A stretch of 64,000 nt of DNA from contig NC_087436.1 of the NCBI RefSeq assembly GCF_036321535.1, positions 102,922,001 through 102,986,000 on the forward strand, given 5' to 3'. The translations under genes were made by a program, and so were the position numbers. Below, in pieces: positions 1 through 14,154 of the stretch (the first letter of the stretch is position 1; each line of letters starts with the position of its first letter). This DNA is from Camelus dromedarius (lineage: Eukaryota). The notes under the pieces are model-generated. The model was not told where the DNA came from. It was given only the letters and a program-made list of their open reading frames with translations, and ran no database searches.

Positions 1-230
1 CCAGAGTCTATAAAACCGCCAAGACCTTCCGTTCAGCGTTCCCTCATCACCAAGCAGCCTGCTGTTGCATGGAGAAAAACAGAATCGCTCTTCAGTCTCT
101 CGCGTGTGCTGTCATCGTAAGTAGTTAAAGCCTCGATTGTTACTTGCCTTGTGGTCTTGCCGCTTTCATGGCTACTCTGACACCTGACAGCTCAGCTCTC
201 CCCAGTTCAGCTGACCTCCTGATACACACA
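1..230 (+). mobile_element. 3' part of an ERV-type LTR, cut by the window edge
   Basis: TATAAAA at 9-15, relatively CpG-rich U3/R/U5-like sequence, AGTTAAA poly(A)-like signal near 123, CA-ending terminus near 228-230. Family not identified. Confidence 0.5.
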
Positions 231-479
231 GGGGCCAAAATCAAATAGCAGGAGTAAGTAGACACCTAGATGATTGAGACTCTTTTTAAATTTAAATGTA
301 ACATTGCTATCAATATGAAAACCTGAAATTAGCAGATTATCACAGGTAACTCACTTAAGTCCAAAATCAAATTGGGTAAACATTCACAGGGCAGTTAACT
401 TGTTCGCTTTGGGGAATGAGGAGGGTGTTGGTGATTGACTGACAAGTCGTAAAGGCCTTTATTTTATAGTAGACACTTT

Positions 480-1700
480 TTCTGATGTATACAATAAACA
501 TAAAAGGGTAAAGAAACTGGTGTGTTACGGTGTAGTAGAGCCTAAAGAAATATCACAAAGTGGGCCACACAACTATCAATCAGGCCGAGAAACAGAACGT
601 TAGCAGCACTCAAGAAGCCGAAGACTTTCCCTCTCCCCCCAGCACCACCTACTTCCTCTTTCCAAAGTTAAAAATTACGGAGACATCTAACATTATAGAT
701 CAGGCTTTCCTGCCTTTTTACTTTATATAAACACAATGATAAGGAATATATTCCTGTGTCCTTTGCCTCCTTAAGTCAGCACTCTTCTCCTTTAGATTTT
801 TCTCTGCCGTTTACCCTGTTTTTCCCTCTACCTATATCATTGAGATATTCTTTTCATATTTGTGTTCTGGATCTCAAAAAGTGTAAAGACTAAAAGTAAA
901 ACTTAATGGATCCCTTTAACAGCAGAAAAAAAACATCGCTAGGAAAAAATGTATCGATAGCAAAATAGAGACAAAACTTCAGTGACAGAATTTTCATTTG
1001 GTTCCTGTTTCTACTCCACAGTTCTCTCTAGCATATTTTGTAATTTCTAGACCTATTAAATAGGTTACTTTAAAGTCTCTCTCTGTAACTTCATTATCTG
1101 GATTCCTTACGGGAGTGTGTCTATTTTCTGCTTTTAGAAAAAAGGTCAAGACTTATCTTTTCATACACTTGATTATTACTCAGTGCCAAGCACTGCAAAT
1201 AAAAATTATAATTTAAGGTTCGGAATGAATTTATATTCTCCCAGACAGGATTTATTTTTTGCTTCTGGGAGGCTGCTAGCAAGGAGAACCAGAAATTCCA
1301 TGTAGTCTCAATCTAATCGGGAAATGACAGAATCAAGGATGAGATTCGGTCTTAGTAAGAACCAGTGGAATTCCACTTCCCCCTCTGCTCTATATCTCAT
1401 CTGAATCTCAGCTGAATGCCTGAGTTCTTCTAGACTCCTCTAGCGGGAGGCACTTCACTTTGTACTGCTCTTCCCTTTGGTTTCATGAGTCTACCAAGCA
1501 CTTTTCTCAGTCATTCATTTTCTCAGACACCACTTTGAAAGTCAGCAACTTCCTCAAAGGGAAAACATAAACATAATGAGAAAAAAAGCCAAGTGGAAAT
1601 TTTAGAATGCAATAACACAGTATCTGAAATTAAAAATTCACAGGAGAGACTGAATTATAGACTAGATACGGCAGAAGAAAAGATCCAATAACAATCCTTC
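480..1700. mobile_element. Cluster of old, fragmented L1M pieces (3'UTR-like and ORF1-like on minus; ORF1-like piece on plus at ~1560-1700)
   Basis: Motifs such as cagaacgttagcagcactcaagaagcc and tatctgaaattaaaaattca...tagatacggcagaagaaaagatc resemble degenerate L1M 3'UTR and ORF1 coiled-coil sequence. Confidence 0.55.
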
Positions 1701-1749
1701 AAAAATCTGTCCCTGTGCCTTTGATCTTTCTTTCTGTTTTCGGTATCCA

Positions 1750-1946
1750 GTGACATCCAGATGATAAAGTTTCCTTAGCTTGGGTCCCTTGTGTGACAAT
1801 GACATGGATCACAGTGCCCACTGAACTAAGATAAACATGTAGTTCAAGAGAAATATAAGCCTTTGATTTTCAAGTCCCTGAGATCCTGAGATTAGGTTTT
1901 TGTTTTTGTTTTACTGCAGCCTATTCTATAACATTCTGACTAATAA
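1750..1946 (+). mobile_element. Old MLT1 (MaLR) LTR 3' fragment
   Basis: Ends with MLT1-type ...tactgcagcctattctataacattctgactaata. Confidence 0.55.
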
Positions 1947-2149
1947 AGAATGTTTTAATATTGGAAAACTTATTAATGTCATTTACCTCATGTCTTATTA
2001 TTTTGAAAGGGAAAGTAGAATGTATCAGTGTATGATAAAAGTACATGATAGCTTTCATCACACATGTATAGTAAAAAATCTTAGTGAAGCTGGAATCGGA
2101 AAAAGTTGTTTAATATTTTTAAGGTCCTGGTGAAACTTCTTAATAAACA

Positions 2150-3840
2150 TTTTAAATGAAATTTTCATTTTAGTAATGTTTTAGATTTTCAGAAAAAGTA
2201 TGAAGGTAGTACAGAGACTATCACCCAGTTTCCCAGATTAATAATTCTTTACATCAGGATGGTGCATTTGTTCAATTAATGAACCAATACTGATATGTTG
2301 TTGTGATGGTTCATTTTACGTGTCAGTCTGACTGGGCTAAGGGATGCCCAGAGAGCTGTTTATTTTTAGGTGTGTCTGTAAAAGTGGATCTGGAAGGGAT
2401 TAGCATTTGAATCAGTAGACTGAGTAAAACTTAGTGACCCTCATCATTGCAAGTGGATATTATCCAATCTGTTGAGGGCCTGAATAGAACCAAAAAATGG
2501 AGGAAGGGCAAACTCACTCTCTCTCACTCAGCTGAGTCATCCATCTTTGCTCGCCCTCAGAAATGGAAATGGGTGCTCCTGGCTGTTTGGCTTTCAGACT
2601 CAGACTAGTATCTGCACCATCACCTTCCCTCTACCCAATTTCTCAGGACTTTGGTGTCAAACTCAGTTATACCACTGGGTTTCCTGGTTCTCCAGCTTAC
2701 AGATGCAGATCATGGGACCTGTTGGCTCCATAAACGTGTGAACCAGTCCCTTTAATAAGTCTCCACATGTATCGAATGGAGATATATATATGTCTATATA
2801 TCCAGATATAGATATAGTATATATATACTTTATCTCTATCTCTATATATATTTATCCAATTGATTTTGTTTCTCTGGAGAACTCTAACACAATTTTCACT
2901 AACTAAAGTCCACTCTTAGTTCAAATTTCCTTAATGCTTACACGATTGTTTCTATTCCAGGATCCCATTCTGAATACTACGTTACATTTCGTCATCACAT
3001 TTTCTTAAGCTCCTCTTGACTGTGGCATTTTCTCAGATCTTCTTTGATTCTGATAGACTTGAAAGTTTTGAGGAGTGTTGGTCAGATATTTTGGAGAGTA
3101 TTCTTTTATTGGAATCTGGCTCTTGTTTTTTCTCAGAATAGACTGGGGCTTATGTTTTGGGGATGAAGGCCATTGACATAAAGTTCTATTATCATCACAT
3201 ATCAAGAATACATCCTACCAATATGACATCACTAGTGATGCTAACCTTGATCACCTGGCTGAGGAAGTGTTTGTCAGTTTTCTCCTTTGTAAAGTTCTTT
3301 ATTTCCCCATATTGTTCTCTTGGGAAGAAGAACACTGGAATAGCCCCCACTAAGGAGTGGGCATTATGTTCCTCCTTTCTCAGGGCAGAGTAGTTATGTA
3401 AATTATTGGTCATTTTTCTGCTCAGGACATTTGTCTTTTCTCTCTCACTTGTTTACTTATTCAACTATTTGTTTACATCAGTATGGACTCATGGTATTTA
3501 TTTTATAATTTGGGTTATGGGCCAATACTTCATCATTTTATTGTTCAAATTGTTACATATTGGATTCTTTGGGTTTTTTTTTTTCTGTTGACACCTATAT
3601 TGCTATCATTGTGGGGTTTGGGGACTTTTGAATATTTCCTTTCTGGCACTGAAAGATAGTCTATGCTCATCTTATATTTTTCAATGTCCCAGTCATAGAA
3701 TCAGCCATTACTTCAAAGAGTCCTGGCTCTATTTACTGTAGAATGGTATTAAAAACCAAAATCTGGGAACTAAATGTGCTTATTCTTACTGGGGTGTAAT
3801 TGATTCTAGGCCATTTCAGATGACAGAGTAAGGAAATACG
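2150..3840 (-). mobile_element. L1MC-type 3' region, interrupted by an MLT2 LTR
   Basis: Typical L1MC 3'UTR text (aattaatgaaccaatactgat...aactaaagtccac; ctaaccttgatcacctggctgagg; agaatcagccatt) resumes on both sides of 2302-2891. Confidence 0.75.
2302..2891 (+). mobile_element. MLT2 (ERVL) solo LTR
   Basis: Starts tgtgatggttcattttacgtgtcagtctgactgggctaagggatgcccag, ends tctctggagaactctaacaca (TG...CA), with a TA/GA-rich tract near the 3' end. Confidence 0.85.
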
Positions 3841-4089
3841 TATGTTCAGTAACTATTTTGATGATGAACGATTCCCATTTAATGCATTCCCATTAAAGTC
3901 ATTAACAATGCCTAATGCCCACAGCCATTATTTCATTTCAACATTACACAAAATGATCCTACCCAATGCTGCAAGTCGAGGACAAAAAATTAAGTGTCTA
4001 ATAAAGCTGAAGATATACATACACTTAAGCTAGTAGTTCCACTCCTAAAGAAAATCTCCACCCTACGTGCAGAAGGATATGCATGGTTT

Positions 4090-5617
4090 AATTCAATGAC
4101 CAGCTTTCAGTCAGGATCTTATCTGACACATCATCATTTACCAAAGTTAATAGAAGTGTTCTAGTCACTTGGCTTCTGGATATCACATACTCTGATTTTT
4201 TTTTTCCTTTGACATTGGTTGTACTTGGTCTCTCCTTTGAATCCCAATTCTTACCAAGTTCTTAAAGTTGGAATGCCCTGGGGATCAGTTTTTGAATCTT
4301 TGTCAGTGATTTCTTTTTTTTTTTTAATTTTTTATTGAAGTATATTCAGGTTACAATGTTATGTCAATTTCTGGTGTATAGCACAATGCTTCAGTCACAT
4401 GAACATACATATGTTCATTTTCATATTCTTTTTCACCATAAGTTACTACAAGATATTGAATATAGTACAGTATAAACTTGTTTATCTATTTTATATATAT
4501 TAATTGGTATCTGCAAATCTCGAACTCTCAGTTTATCCCTTCCCACCCCCTTCCCCCCTTTTGTCAGTGATTTCTACTGGGTCACAATCTCAATTAGCAT
4601 CTGTGTAATGATGACTCCCAAATTTATATCTGTTGTCCAGCCTTTTCTACTAAACTCCATAAAATTATATATAACTGTATACTTGCCATCTGTACTTGGA
4701 ACATCTCAAACTTGAAATGCTCAAAGCAGAATGTGGATTTTTCCTCTAGAACCTGCTCCACCCACACACATTCTTCCCCATCATTGGACTGCAGCATTCT
4801 AGTCTATCAGAAAAACAACAACAACAACAAAACAAAACTTGATTCATCCTTGAAACATTTCATTGACATCCCACATCTAACATGCAAAAAATTTGACTTT
4901 ACTTTAAAATATGCATAGAACCTGATGATAGCTCAACACCTGTCCCACCCCCAAGCCTTTTCTAAGGCACTATTACCACTCACCCAGATTACCTATAATC
5001 TCCTATCCCTACTTCTATTCTTGTCTCCATAGAGACTCTTGGAAACACAGCAACCAAAGTGATCCTTTCAATATGTCAGTGCTATCAAGTCATTGTTCTG
5101 CAAAATACCCTCCAGGGGCACCTCATCTCATTCAGAGTAAAGCCAGTGGCTTCCCAATGGGCCAACATGCTCTTCACAACCCAGATCTGTCAGAATTCTG
5201 AACTCATCACAAGTACTGTCTTCATCTGCTACATTGTCTTCTTTGCCATTTCTCAAATATGCCAGGTATATGCCTGTCTCAGGGTATTACCAGTTCTTTC
5301 TCTGCTTGAAATATTGTTCCCAAATGTCACTTTCTCCTTAATTCTTAGCCTGATTTCTTAAAACTTAAAAATTAAGAACCCCTCACGTGTTCCCTAGAAC
5401 ACATATCATACTTTATTTTCCCCAAGCACATTTGATCTTCTACCGTACTATATAATGAACTTATTTATATGTTCACCTTCTTTTTCTTCCCATTAATAAG
5501 CACACGTTAAGGTTCATGATCCTTCTTAGTTCTTATTCCTTCATTCAGCCTACCATTTAGTGTTTGGCACACACTAGGGACTCAGTAAATTTTCAGTGGA
5601 TTAATGAATTAATTAAT
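4090..5617 (+). mobile_element. L2 LINE 3' region, interrupted by a young L1 3' end
   Basis: gatgactcccaaatttatatc, catctcaaacttgaaatg and the L2-type terminus ggcacac...ctcagtaaat...taatgaattaatt. Confidence 0.7.
4315..4559 (-). mobile_element. Young, 5'-truncated L1 3' end with 16-bp TSD
   Basis: Poly(T) followed by tttattgaagtata...; homologous to the reverse complement of 18525-18760; perfect TSD TTTGTCAGTGATTTCT at 4299-4314 and 4560-4575. Confidence 0.92.
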
Positions 5618-8397
5618 CTTTAGAAAGAAAATAAAATGACCTGGAACCCTGCATTAATAATGGCAGCAAAACTGCACCCTCATCAGATTTTTGGTATTGT
5701 ATTTTAACTATTTATTTAAGACACATACTTAAGAAGCCCACTGTGTTACTAATAACAGTCCTGACTGAAGGTATTGCTATTCCTTAAAGGAGAAACGCTC
5801 TCATTTGCAAAATAATAACAGGCTAAAAGGCATAATTACATAAGAATTCTGAAGTAATAAAACACAGGGATAAAAAGAATAAATTTTAGGCAATTTAAAA
5901 AAAAAATTTTTAAATACACACTAGTAATAGGACCTTCAAAATGTTAAAAAAGAATATAAGTAAGCTTTGAAGTTCATTTGATGAGTAACATGGCTGGCTT
6001 CTAAAAAGTCATCTTTATTAGGAGAAGAGCAACTGGAAATACCTCAGTGGAGAAGTCTCAGGGGATTCTTCCACCAAAGATAGCTGAAACAACCTAGCTG
6101 CACTGGGGATTGGACATGACTAGTTCAAAGTTAGTGAACTGTGGGTGGCATGCCAAGAATAGAGACTTTTTTTGGGAGAAGGTTATAAAAGTTGTTCCAA
6201 AGAGAGATGTACCTGTCATTGATTTCTCATGCTCTAGTACAACAGAAATGAAAGAGTACAGTTTCTCTCTGGAAGATTAAAAACAAGCATTTTTTTCAAG
6301 CTGGCCCTTTTACCATTTCTATAATCCTTTGTGAACAACTGTAATTGTTATTGTGTTTCTCTTGTTAAAGGGTATTCAGTGGAAGAGAAATTTAATTAGG
6401 AGAATCAATGGCACAGTTATCTTCTGTTTTTCCTTCCTGTTGAGAATAAGATCTTAAAACCAAAAGACAAGATCTGGTAGTCACTTCACTTAAACTCTAA
6501 ACTTAAACAAACAAATCTCTCTTTCTCTTTTGTCCAAATCCAATAGCGATATGGTATCACACAATTTGTTATGAGTGAATAGATCCCAGGTAGCCTGTGA
6601 AATTATAATGGTTTATATAAAATTAAACATCATTAATTCCAATTGCAATTCACTTGAATATGTTTATTACCTACAAATGTAATCATTTACTTTTCCACAA
6701 AGGTATCCATTTCTTAAATCACAATCAAGAATATCTTGATTTACTGTGTCTAGTGAAACACACATGATACTTTTATACATCTTTCAAGGTTGACTGTAAG
6801 AAAAATTACTGGTTTGTAGAAATACTAAAAGATGAAATTGACAGTCTTCTATTCTGTGTAATTTGACTTTAAGTCTGACTTATGGATGGACACATTACAT
6901 AAATAAATTCTGATGATTGTTCCATCCCTGTTATCCAATAAATCACCCGCAGATAACACAACACAGGCTGTACTACCAATAATTCTGAGTCAGTTCTAAT
7001 ATAGATTCTGATCATCAAATGGTTCACTCGGAATGAAATTTTGTGATAAATGTTGAAAGTGGAAATATATACGAATAAACTTAAGCTTTCTTCATTTGTT
7101 ACAGTCATACCTTAAAAACAGTTGGACATATCAAATCATATCATATCATATCAAATTTGAAACCCATGTTTTAGATTCTTTAAACCAACATGCAGTCTGT
7201 GTAGTGTACAAAATTATTTGGGTAGTTACCCAAGAGGTACCTCAGAGGATGACAGTGACCACCAAGAGCAGTGTAAACTTTGTAGCTATAAGAGGCTTCT
7301 GTGACTGTAAATCTGGAGAGATCTCCTGTTTATTAAAAGCACCATGGAGAGCTGTTTCAAATAAACCCCTATAATTAAAGAGTTGTAAAAGTATATGTTG
7401 CAAGGAACAAATTCTGTTTTGTGATATAGTTACTTCTCATGTGGGCAAGTCTATCTAGCAAGCCCTCACATGCTAGACTCAGAGGTTTATATAATTATGC
7501 TTCATGGTTCACAGAAAAAAATGGAGAGTCTACCTAGTTTTAAATGAGATTCTAAAATGAGGTTAGAAGAGGTAAAAAAAAGACTTAGCTGGAGTGCATG
7601 ATTTAAACATAAAACAATTTAAAAAAACGTACAGAAAAGAGATAATCTCTAAAGGTCTTATTGCTCTAGTATATTTTCAGAATCTAAAATTTTAGTTAAA
7701 CTCTCATTTGATTTCCATTAGTGCATTATTTTTACAGGACTCAGTTATGACCCTGAGATACACACATATACACAGATACACATTGTATGTCCATTTTAAG
7801 AATTCATAAAGTCCAGTTAACGAATAATTTCTTTAAATCTTCTGGGTTTAGTAATGTGTAATTCCATCTTTATATGTACCCTTTCTTTAAGCTGTGTAGG
7901 GCTGAAAAATTATTTGTTTATCAATAAATAATTCATAACAATACAAATATCATATTTTCTATCTTGTTTTCTTTAAATGTCTATATTTATCTTTTCTTCC
8001 CTCCAAGTTTCAAAAGGGCATGTTTAAAGTGAAACAATGAAAAGATAAGAGAAAGTGAAAACCAAAAGTTCATTTGGGTCTTAAGAATAAGAATCAATAT
8101 TTAGACCTGCTTCTTCAAACTAAAAAATAGGTATTCCAATGTGTAAAAGATAAACCATGTTAAAATTTAGAAATCTGCCTCATCTATAAAACGTTGTAAA
8201 TTGTGGTAGTCAGGTACAAACCAGGAATGTCCCCAAAGCCAAAGGCAAATTACTGCATCTTGCATCTCTTATTATAAAAAACAAAACACAACTCCTGCCA
8301 GGTTTCAGTGGGGCTCAAAGTAAGAAAAGGCTCTGTGGTTAAGACTTTGATGCGTGTTATAGGTCACAGCACTGCAAGTCAATTAAAGTTCAAAATC

Positions 8398-8772
8398 AAA
8401 CTAACAAGCTCATACAAATAGAGATCAGATTTGTGGTTACCAGAGGCGGGGGGAGGGGATTGAAAGCGGGAAGTCCAAAGGCACAAACTTCCAGTTATAA
8501 GATAAGTAAGTACTAGAGTTGTAATGTACAACATGATAAATATAATTAACACTGCTGTATGTTATATGTGAAAGTTGTTGAGTTCTCATTACAAGGATAA
8601 ATATTTTTCTTTATTTTAAATTTTGTATCTATATGAGATGATGGATGCTCACTAAACTAATTTTGATAATCATTTCATGATGTATGTTAAGTCAAATCAT
8701 TATGCTGTACACCGTAAACTAATACAGTGCTGTATATCAATTATAGTTCAATAAAACTGGAAGAAAAAAAAA
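8398..8772 (+). mobile_element. L1MA9-like L1 3' end
   Basis: gtggttaccagagg...aaacttccagttataagataagtaagt...; AATAAA at 8750-8755 followed by an A-rich tail. Confidence 0.85.
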
Positions 8773-9075
8773 CCGTGCTGCAAGTATCCTGGCCACTTTT
8801 GCTACGAACTATAATAAACTTAGTACATCCTAGTGTTGGAGTTATACGTGATACAAAAAGATGCTATGTAGAAGTTGTGGCAAGAGCAAGTGATAGAATC
8901 ACAATAAATACCCTTGGATTTTTGGAGCAAGACTATGCCATCTGCATTAGATAATTATATTCCTTTTAAAAAACAACATCTGTTATATTACTGGATCCTA
9001 GTAGAGACAGGACACATAAGACATCAAGTGACCATGGAATTGCTCATTGTAAATCTTACAACCTGATAGACCCAC

Positions 9076-10370
9076 TATGGTTAGTGTAATGATGCCCTTC
9101 TACCCAAATCTGTTCATATCCTAATTCCAGAACCTATAAGTATGTTACCTCCTATGAAAAAAAGGAACCTCACATATATTGCTGAAATTATGGAATCTGA
9201 GATGGGAAGATTATCCTCAATTATCCAAGTGGGCCCAGTCCTTAAAAGTGGAGAACCTTTCCAGCTGTGGCCAGAAAGACATGTGATGATGGGAGAATGA
9301 TAGTCCATGAGATGCACCATAGGTACCAACCCTCCTAAGCAGGTGCTAACAAGGGTCCTTCGTCTGGCGTCACTTGTGCCAATAGAACAAGACCCAGTTC
9401 AGTTCAGAAGCAAAAGAAAGAGTTTTATTCTTTGATCAAAGAATGGAGAGGTCTGAGCTCTCACTCTAGAAGACATGCTCTCCTGACAGGTCGTGGGCGG
9501 GGCTGCTTTACAGGGATTTCGGCACAGGGAGGGAAGGGGTCAGAGTTCTCGCGAGATGGACACAGCTGCTCTGCTCACGGCCCAGACTGCAGGGCCAGGC
9601 CCGACATCACGGCGTCTCAGCATCTCAGAGTGTCTGCACATGGCCGGCAGAGCTGAGGTGTCCACGCGGCCCACTGGCCCTGGGAACTCTGGTCTGAAGT
9701 GCCGGGTGCCAGGCCTCTGCATGTGGCCCCAATGCTCAAGTGAAACCAGATGAAGCAGAAAGGAAAAGGAAGAGGTTCAACTTTATTTTCTTATCCAGGC
9801 CCTATTTTATTTCCCGGGAATTGTTCATGAGCTGTGCTGGGGACACCATTGCTTCCCAAAGATGGAAAAAGGAGGTGAGGGGCCAAAGGATGTGGACAAC
9901 CTCTGGAAGCTGGAAGAGGTAAAAAAAAAACCCAAAAAGACAAAAACCAAAACCAGATTGTCTTCTAGAGCCTCCAGATAGGAATGCAGCTTTGCTGACG
10001 CCACAATTTTAGCTCAGTGAGACCCTTGTCAGACTTCTGACATCCCAAACTGTAAGATAACAAATTTGTGTTGTTTTATGCCACTGTTTATTGTAATTTG
10101 TTACGGCAGAAGAAGAAATGAATACAGACTTTGGTTCTAGGAGTGGAATGCTACTGTAACAGATGCCTGAAAGTCTGGAAGTGATCTTGGAATTGGCGGG
10201 AAGCAGAAGCTGGAATAATTTTTAGCAGCATGACTCAAAGAGCCTAGATTTCCTCAAATAGAGTGTTAGGAGAAATATGGATGCTAACCATTCTGCTAAA
10301 GAAGACTCAGGTGACTGAAGAAACATAAATCTCCTTGGAGCATACTTAGATTGTTTTGAACCAATTGTTA
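9076..10370 (+). mobile_element. MLT1D-like MaLR LTR (ends ~10127) plus start of MLT1 internal sequence, interrupted by a young ERV LTR
   Basis: gagatgggaagattatcctc...gtgggccc; ctagagcctccaga...ttgttacggcag...aatgaataca; then gactttggttctaggagtgg...gctactgtaaca, which resembles the MaLR internal start. Confidence 0.8.
9321..9845 (-). mobile_element. Young ERV solo LTR (~525 bp) inserted in the MLT1D LTR
   Basis: GC/CpG-rich block flanked by CCAT at 9317-9320 and 9846-9849; minus strand begins TG; AATAAA on minus at 9424-9429. Confidence 0.8.
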
Positions 10371-11349
10371 GTGAACAATAAAAAGTTATCAATTTACACA
10401 TCTGAGATTTGCAAAAAAAAAAAGCTTGATAATACAGGCAGGAATACTGGAATTCAGGTATCTCACTGGTGAGAGTAGAGCCTGTTTAGAACTTCTGGAA
10501 AGCAATGCAGCCATGCTTGGGCAGAATAAGCAGAAAGATAAAGTGATCGAGTAAGCATAGATTCATATATGCTGCTGCTGAAATTTTTTATTTTTCATAT
10601 ACTATTTGTAAAGTTTATATATGTATATAAAACATTATAAATTATATATATTAATATATAATAATCTATATGTATATAAATAGACAGTAATATAAATATT
10701 TATTTATGTACACATATAAACTTTATAAATATATACATAAGCCTGAGAAACTCTCAGTAAGGAAAAAGAGATGGAAGCCCACTGTAGAATGCTATTAATT
10801 AAAGATCTATATTATTGTAAAATGGGTTTATCTTAGAAACATATTACTGAGTGAAAAAAAAATTGAGATTAGTTCTGGAGCACAATTTTATAAAGGTAAA
10901 TTCCATTTATTTACACACAAAATCATAGTATAAGTTTTATACTAATGTAGAAATAAAACAATGTAGCCACATTTTCCCATGAGGGTAAGAGAAAGAGGAA
11001 AAAAGTAGAGATAAAATTCAACCAATGAATAAAAAGAAGTTAAAGTACCAGTGACGTCAGCATGGTTTGAAGAGAGGAGTGTGATTAACTCAACCCTTTG
11101 CACATAGGGTGCAAGTTAGTGTATATATAATAATACGGGTAACTAAAATTTAAAACATATATTTTATCATGTGTGTTTCATACTGAGTTAAATTATAGAA
11201 TAAAGATAAAAATAAATTAATGATTTAAGACATAAAACATAAGAAATACATTAAAAAAGAAATATAGGCAAAAGCCTAATTTATAAAACACTAGGTTTAT
11301 TAATTTATACCATTCAGCTGCAATAAATACCATAAGCATATCTGTTCAT

Positions 11350-11510
11350 TAATACTGCAATCTCATTTATTAAAAAGATAATAATTTATTTAAAATTGGA
11401 TTGCCTCAAAAGTTTTTCAAGATTAAATGAATTAAAATATGTACATCACTTAGCTATGTATCTGGCATATGAAAACACCACGGAAGTGTTAGCTGTCATC
11501 ATTATTATTG
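11350..11510 (+). mobile_element. MIR SINE
   Basis: Core and 3' motifs aagattaaatga...cacttagc...tctggcatat...gttagctgtcatcattattatt. Confidence 0.65.
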
Positions 11511-11929
11511 CCCTGAAGTAAAGCAAAGTGAACTCTAAAAAACAAAGTCTAAAATGTATAATTTTTAAAGCAAATTATTTACATATTATTTTTGCCCAAA
11601 AAAATGTATTCATGCTTCAGGCTCAAAAAGTATACCTAGTTTGTGATTTAATCTTTTTTCTTTTTAAACAAATAGCTTTTGCTTTGTAGTAACAATTCCT
11701 TGGATTGGATAATGTAGCATCTTTCTATGAAGCAATTTTTAATGTTATTCTAACCATCAGCATTAAACTGAGAGTGATCATCTTTTAAAACTAGGCATGA
11801 CATCCATACCCCAAATCTAACGATAAACTCCAGTTCCTTGGTTCCTACCCTGGAGTGTGACTTTCCGTTTTTTTTAGCACAGCTATAAGGGGTCTAATTG
11901 CCCTTGGTTGTTAGAAAATTTACACAACT

Positions 11930-12240
11930 AATTTCCATAGAAAAAGAAAACAGAGATAGTCAAAAAGGCCCTTTACAAAAAATGTTCAGGTCCCCTAGTG
12001 GGTTCACAAAGGGCTTTTACAAAGCCTTTAAGGAACAGATAATCCTAAATTTATTTTAGACAATTACCACAAATAGAAAAATCAAGAAAACTTCTGAATA
12101 TTTTTTTAAAAAGAAGACCCCAAGACGTGAAAAAGATAGCAACAGTATATTAAAATTATAGACCAATTTCACTTACAAATAGCTATAAAAATTTTAAAAC
12201 AGAATCATTAAATGAAATTCACACACATTTTTACATTGTA
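11930..12240 (+). mobile_element. Old L1 ORF2 (RT-proximal) fragment
   Basis: tttaaggaacagataatcc and aaaattatagaccaatttcactta, which correspond to L1 ORF2 FKEE(L)IP and ENYRPISL motifs. Confidence 0.65.
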
Positions 12241-12292
12241 TTTTAGCAAAAACCTCCTCAGCGGACTTGGATGTGAGAAAAGTAGCATATTA

Positions 12293-12408
12293 TTTTATTT
12301 TTTAAAATATATCTTTATTGAAGTATAGTCAGTTTACAATGCTGTGTCAGTTTCTGGTGTACAGCACAATACTTCAGTCATATAGGAACATACACATATT
12401 CATTTTCA
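12293..12408 (-). mobile_element. Young, extremely 5'-truncated L1 3' end with 9-bp TSD
   Basis: tttattgaagtatagtcagtttacaatg...; TSD AGCATATTA at 12284-12292 and 12409-12417. Confidence 0.88.
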
Positions 12409-14154
12409 AGCATATTAGAAAAAAGCTAAAATACAGTTTTCAGCACTGGAATTAAAGGGATAATCATTACATACCTTCTTTCACAGTTATGGTAGGGGCA
12501 GGGAAAAGAAAAGTAAGTTTGCTGAAACACAGAGTATTAAAATGTCACATGGGGAAATAAATGACAACACCACAGATATGCCACTTCCCCACTCCTGCAA
12601 GGCTGAGCCAGCCCATCTCAAGGTGAGCAGTCAATGTGTGAAGCTTGGTATGTTGCTGTGCCTGGATCAAAGGCAACCTACCACAACCTCCTCAGCATGG
12701 TCACAACACAATAGGATCAATATTAATTCACTTCCGCAAGTCCCATCACAAGGGCAACACAGGGTAGATTTGTGCTAATTTCCAGCGTTGTGGCTGCACA
12801 TCCCATATACTTCTCCTAATCTCTCCCTGGTCCCTGATTCTCACTAAGTGTAGAGAGTATCTGTAGTAATGATGCCAGAAACAGGAGCTTTATGGAAGTG
12901 GCAGCTTTGTGATTTTCCTGAGAAGTGGCTGAATTCTCTCAGAAGCACAAGCATTCTTGGGTAATGGCTGCACCATCAGCCAGGAGGAATCACCACCACT
13001 AGACTTAATCCACAGTATAAGAAACACCAACTGTGAAACACAATAGAAATCCTTTCCTTCAAGCCTTATAAAGGGTGTTCAGAATTGCTACAATTCATTT
13101 GAATCCTAAGCATAGCTTAGGTTTCTAACCTTGGAAAATAAAGATGCTTTTTTTTGTAGTCTCCACATTGAAAACAAAATATTTTATTCACGTGGCTTCC
13201 TTAGTATACATTTATGGTATAAGTCAAAATAATGAATTCAACATATTCAAAAGTAGTAACTAGAAAATGGACCTTCTTAACTATCTTTTCCAGTAATCAT
13301 GATGCTAAAAGTTGACAACATTCTTCAGAATACATCTGTGTTTGTTAATACTATGATTTAAAATGCTATACATTTCGAGAAAACAAAGAAAATGATAAAC
13401 TCAATCATTTTGTAGTCATCAATACAGCCAAATGTGTTTTCAGCATACATTGGTTTTAGTATGTCACTAATTATAAATCTAGACATGTCAACTGTATTAG
13501 CCAAAACTCATTGATATGTTATAAATCTACACATACATATGCATATCAAATTCCAATAAAATAGAGATTATCATTAAAGCTGTTATATTAGAACATATAC
13601 AAAACAACTAAATGAAATACTTAATACACAAAGATAAACACACACATGTATACTTTGCAAAATTAAATTTCTTCCACACACACAAAAAAGTCTTATTTAC
13701 AGGTAGATTTTTCCATTTAAAAAATCACTGGAAATGTTGCTTTCCCTTCAGGACAGGATTTTAAGATCATCACACTTGATAATTTCCCAATTCAACAAGA
13801 AAAGTGTGAGAAACATAAAAAGCAAAGAGAAATGAGGGAATCTCTGCTTAAGCTACATGTTCTCATCTGTCTAAGAAGAAAGTTGATAAATCATATAATT
13901 ATGTGGCGTTTATTCACTACTAACTGGGTGTTAAAGTTTCAATTTATTTTTTAGTCATAACAAAGCTAGAAGAACAGGAAAGTATAATATAAAAACAATA
14001 TAATACAAAAAAACAATAACATAAAACAAGTAATACATCTCAAGACATTCACATCTCATGCCTACTAGGTTCCTTTTCTTATAATTTATTTCTTCTTCTA
14101 GTAATAAACTGACACAGCAAGTCCTTAAGGACGCAGGTGTCTAAAAACCACTAA

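Noticed and set aside
9432..9922. Cluster of short ORFs in a GC-rich island that could suggest an exon or promoter CpG island
   Set aside because: They coincide with the TSD-bounded ERV LTR and its MLT1 host.
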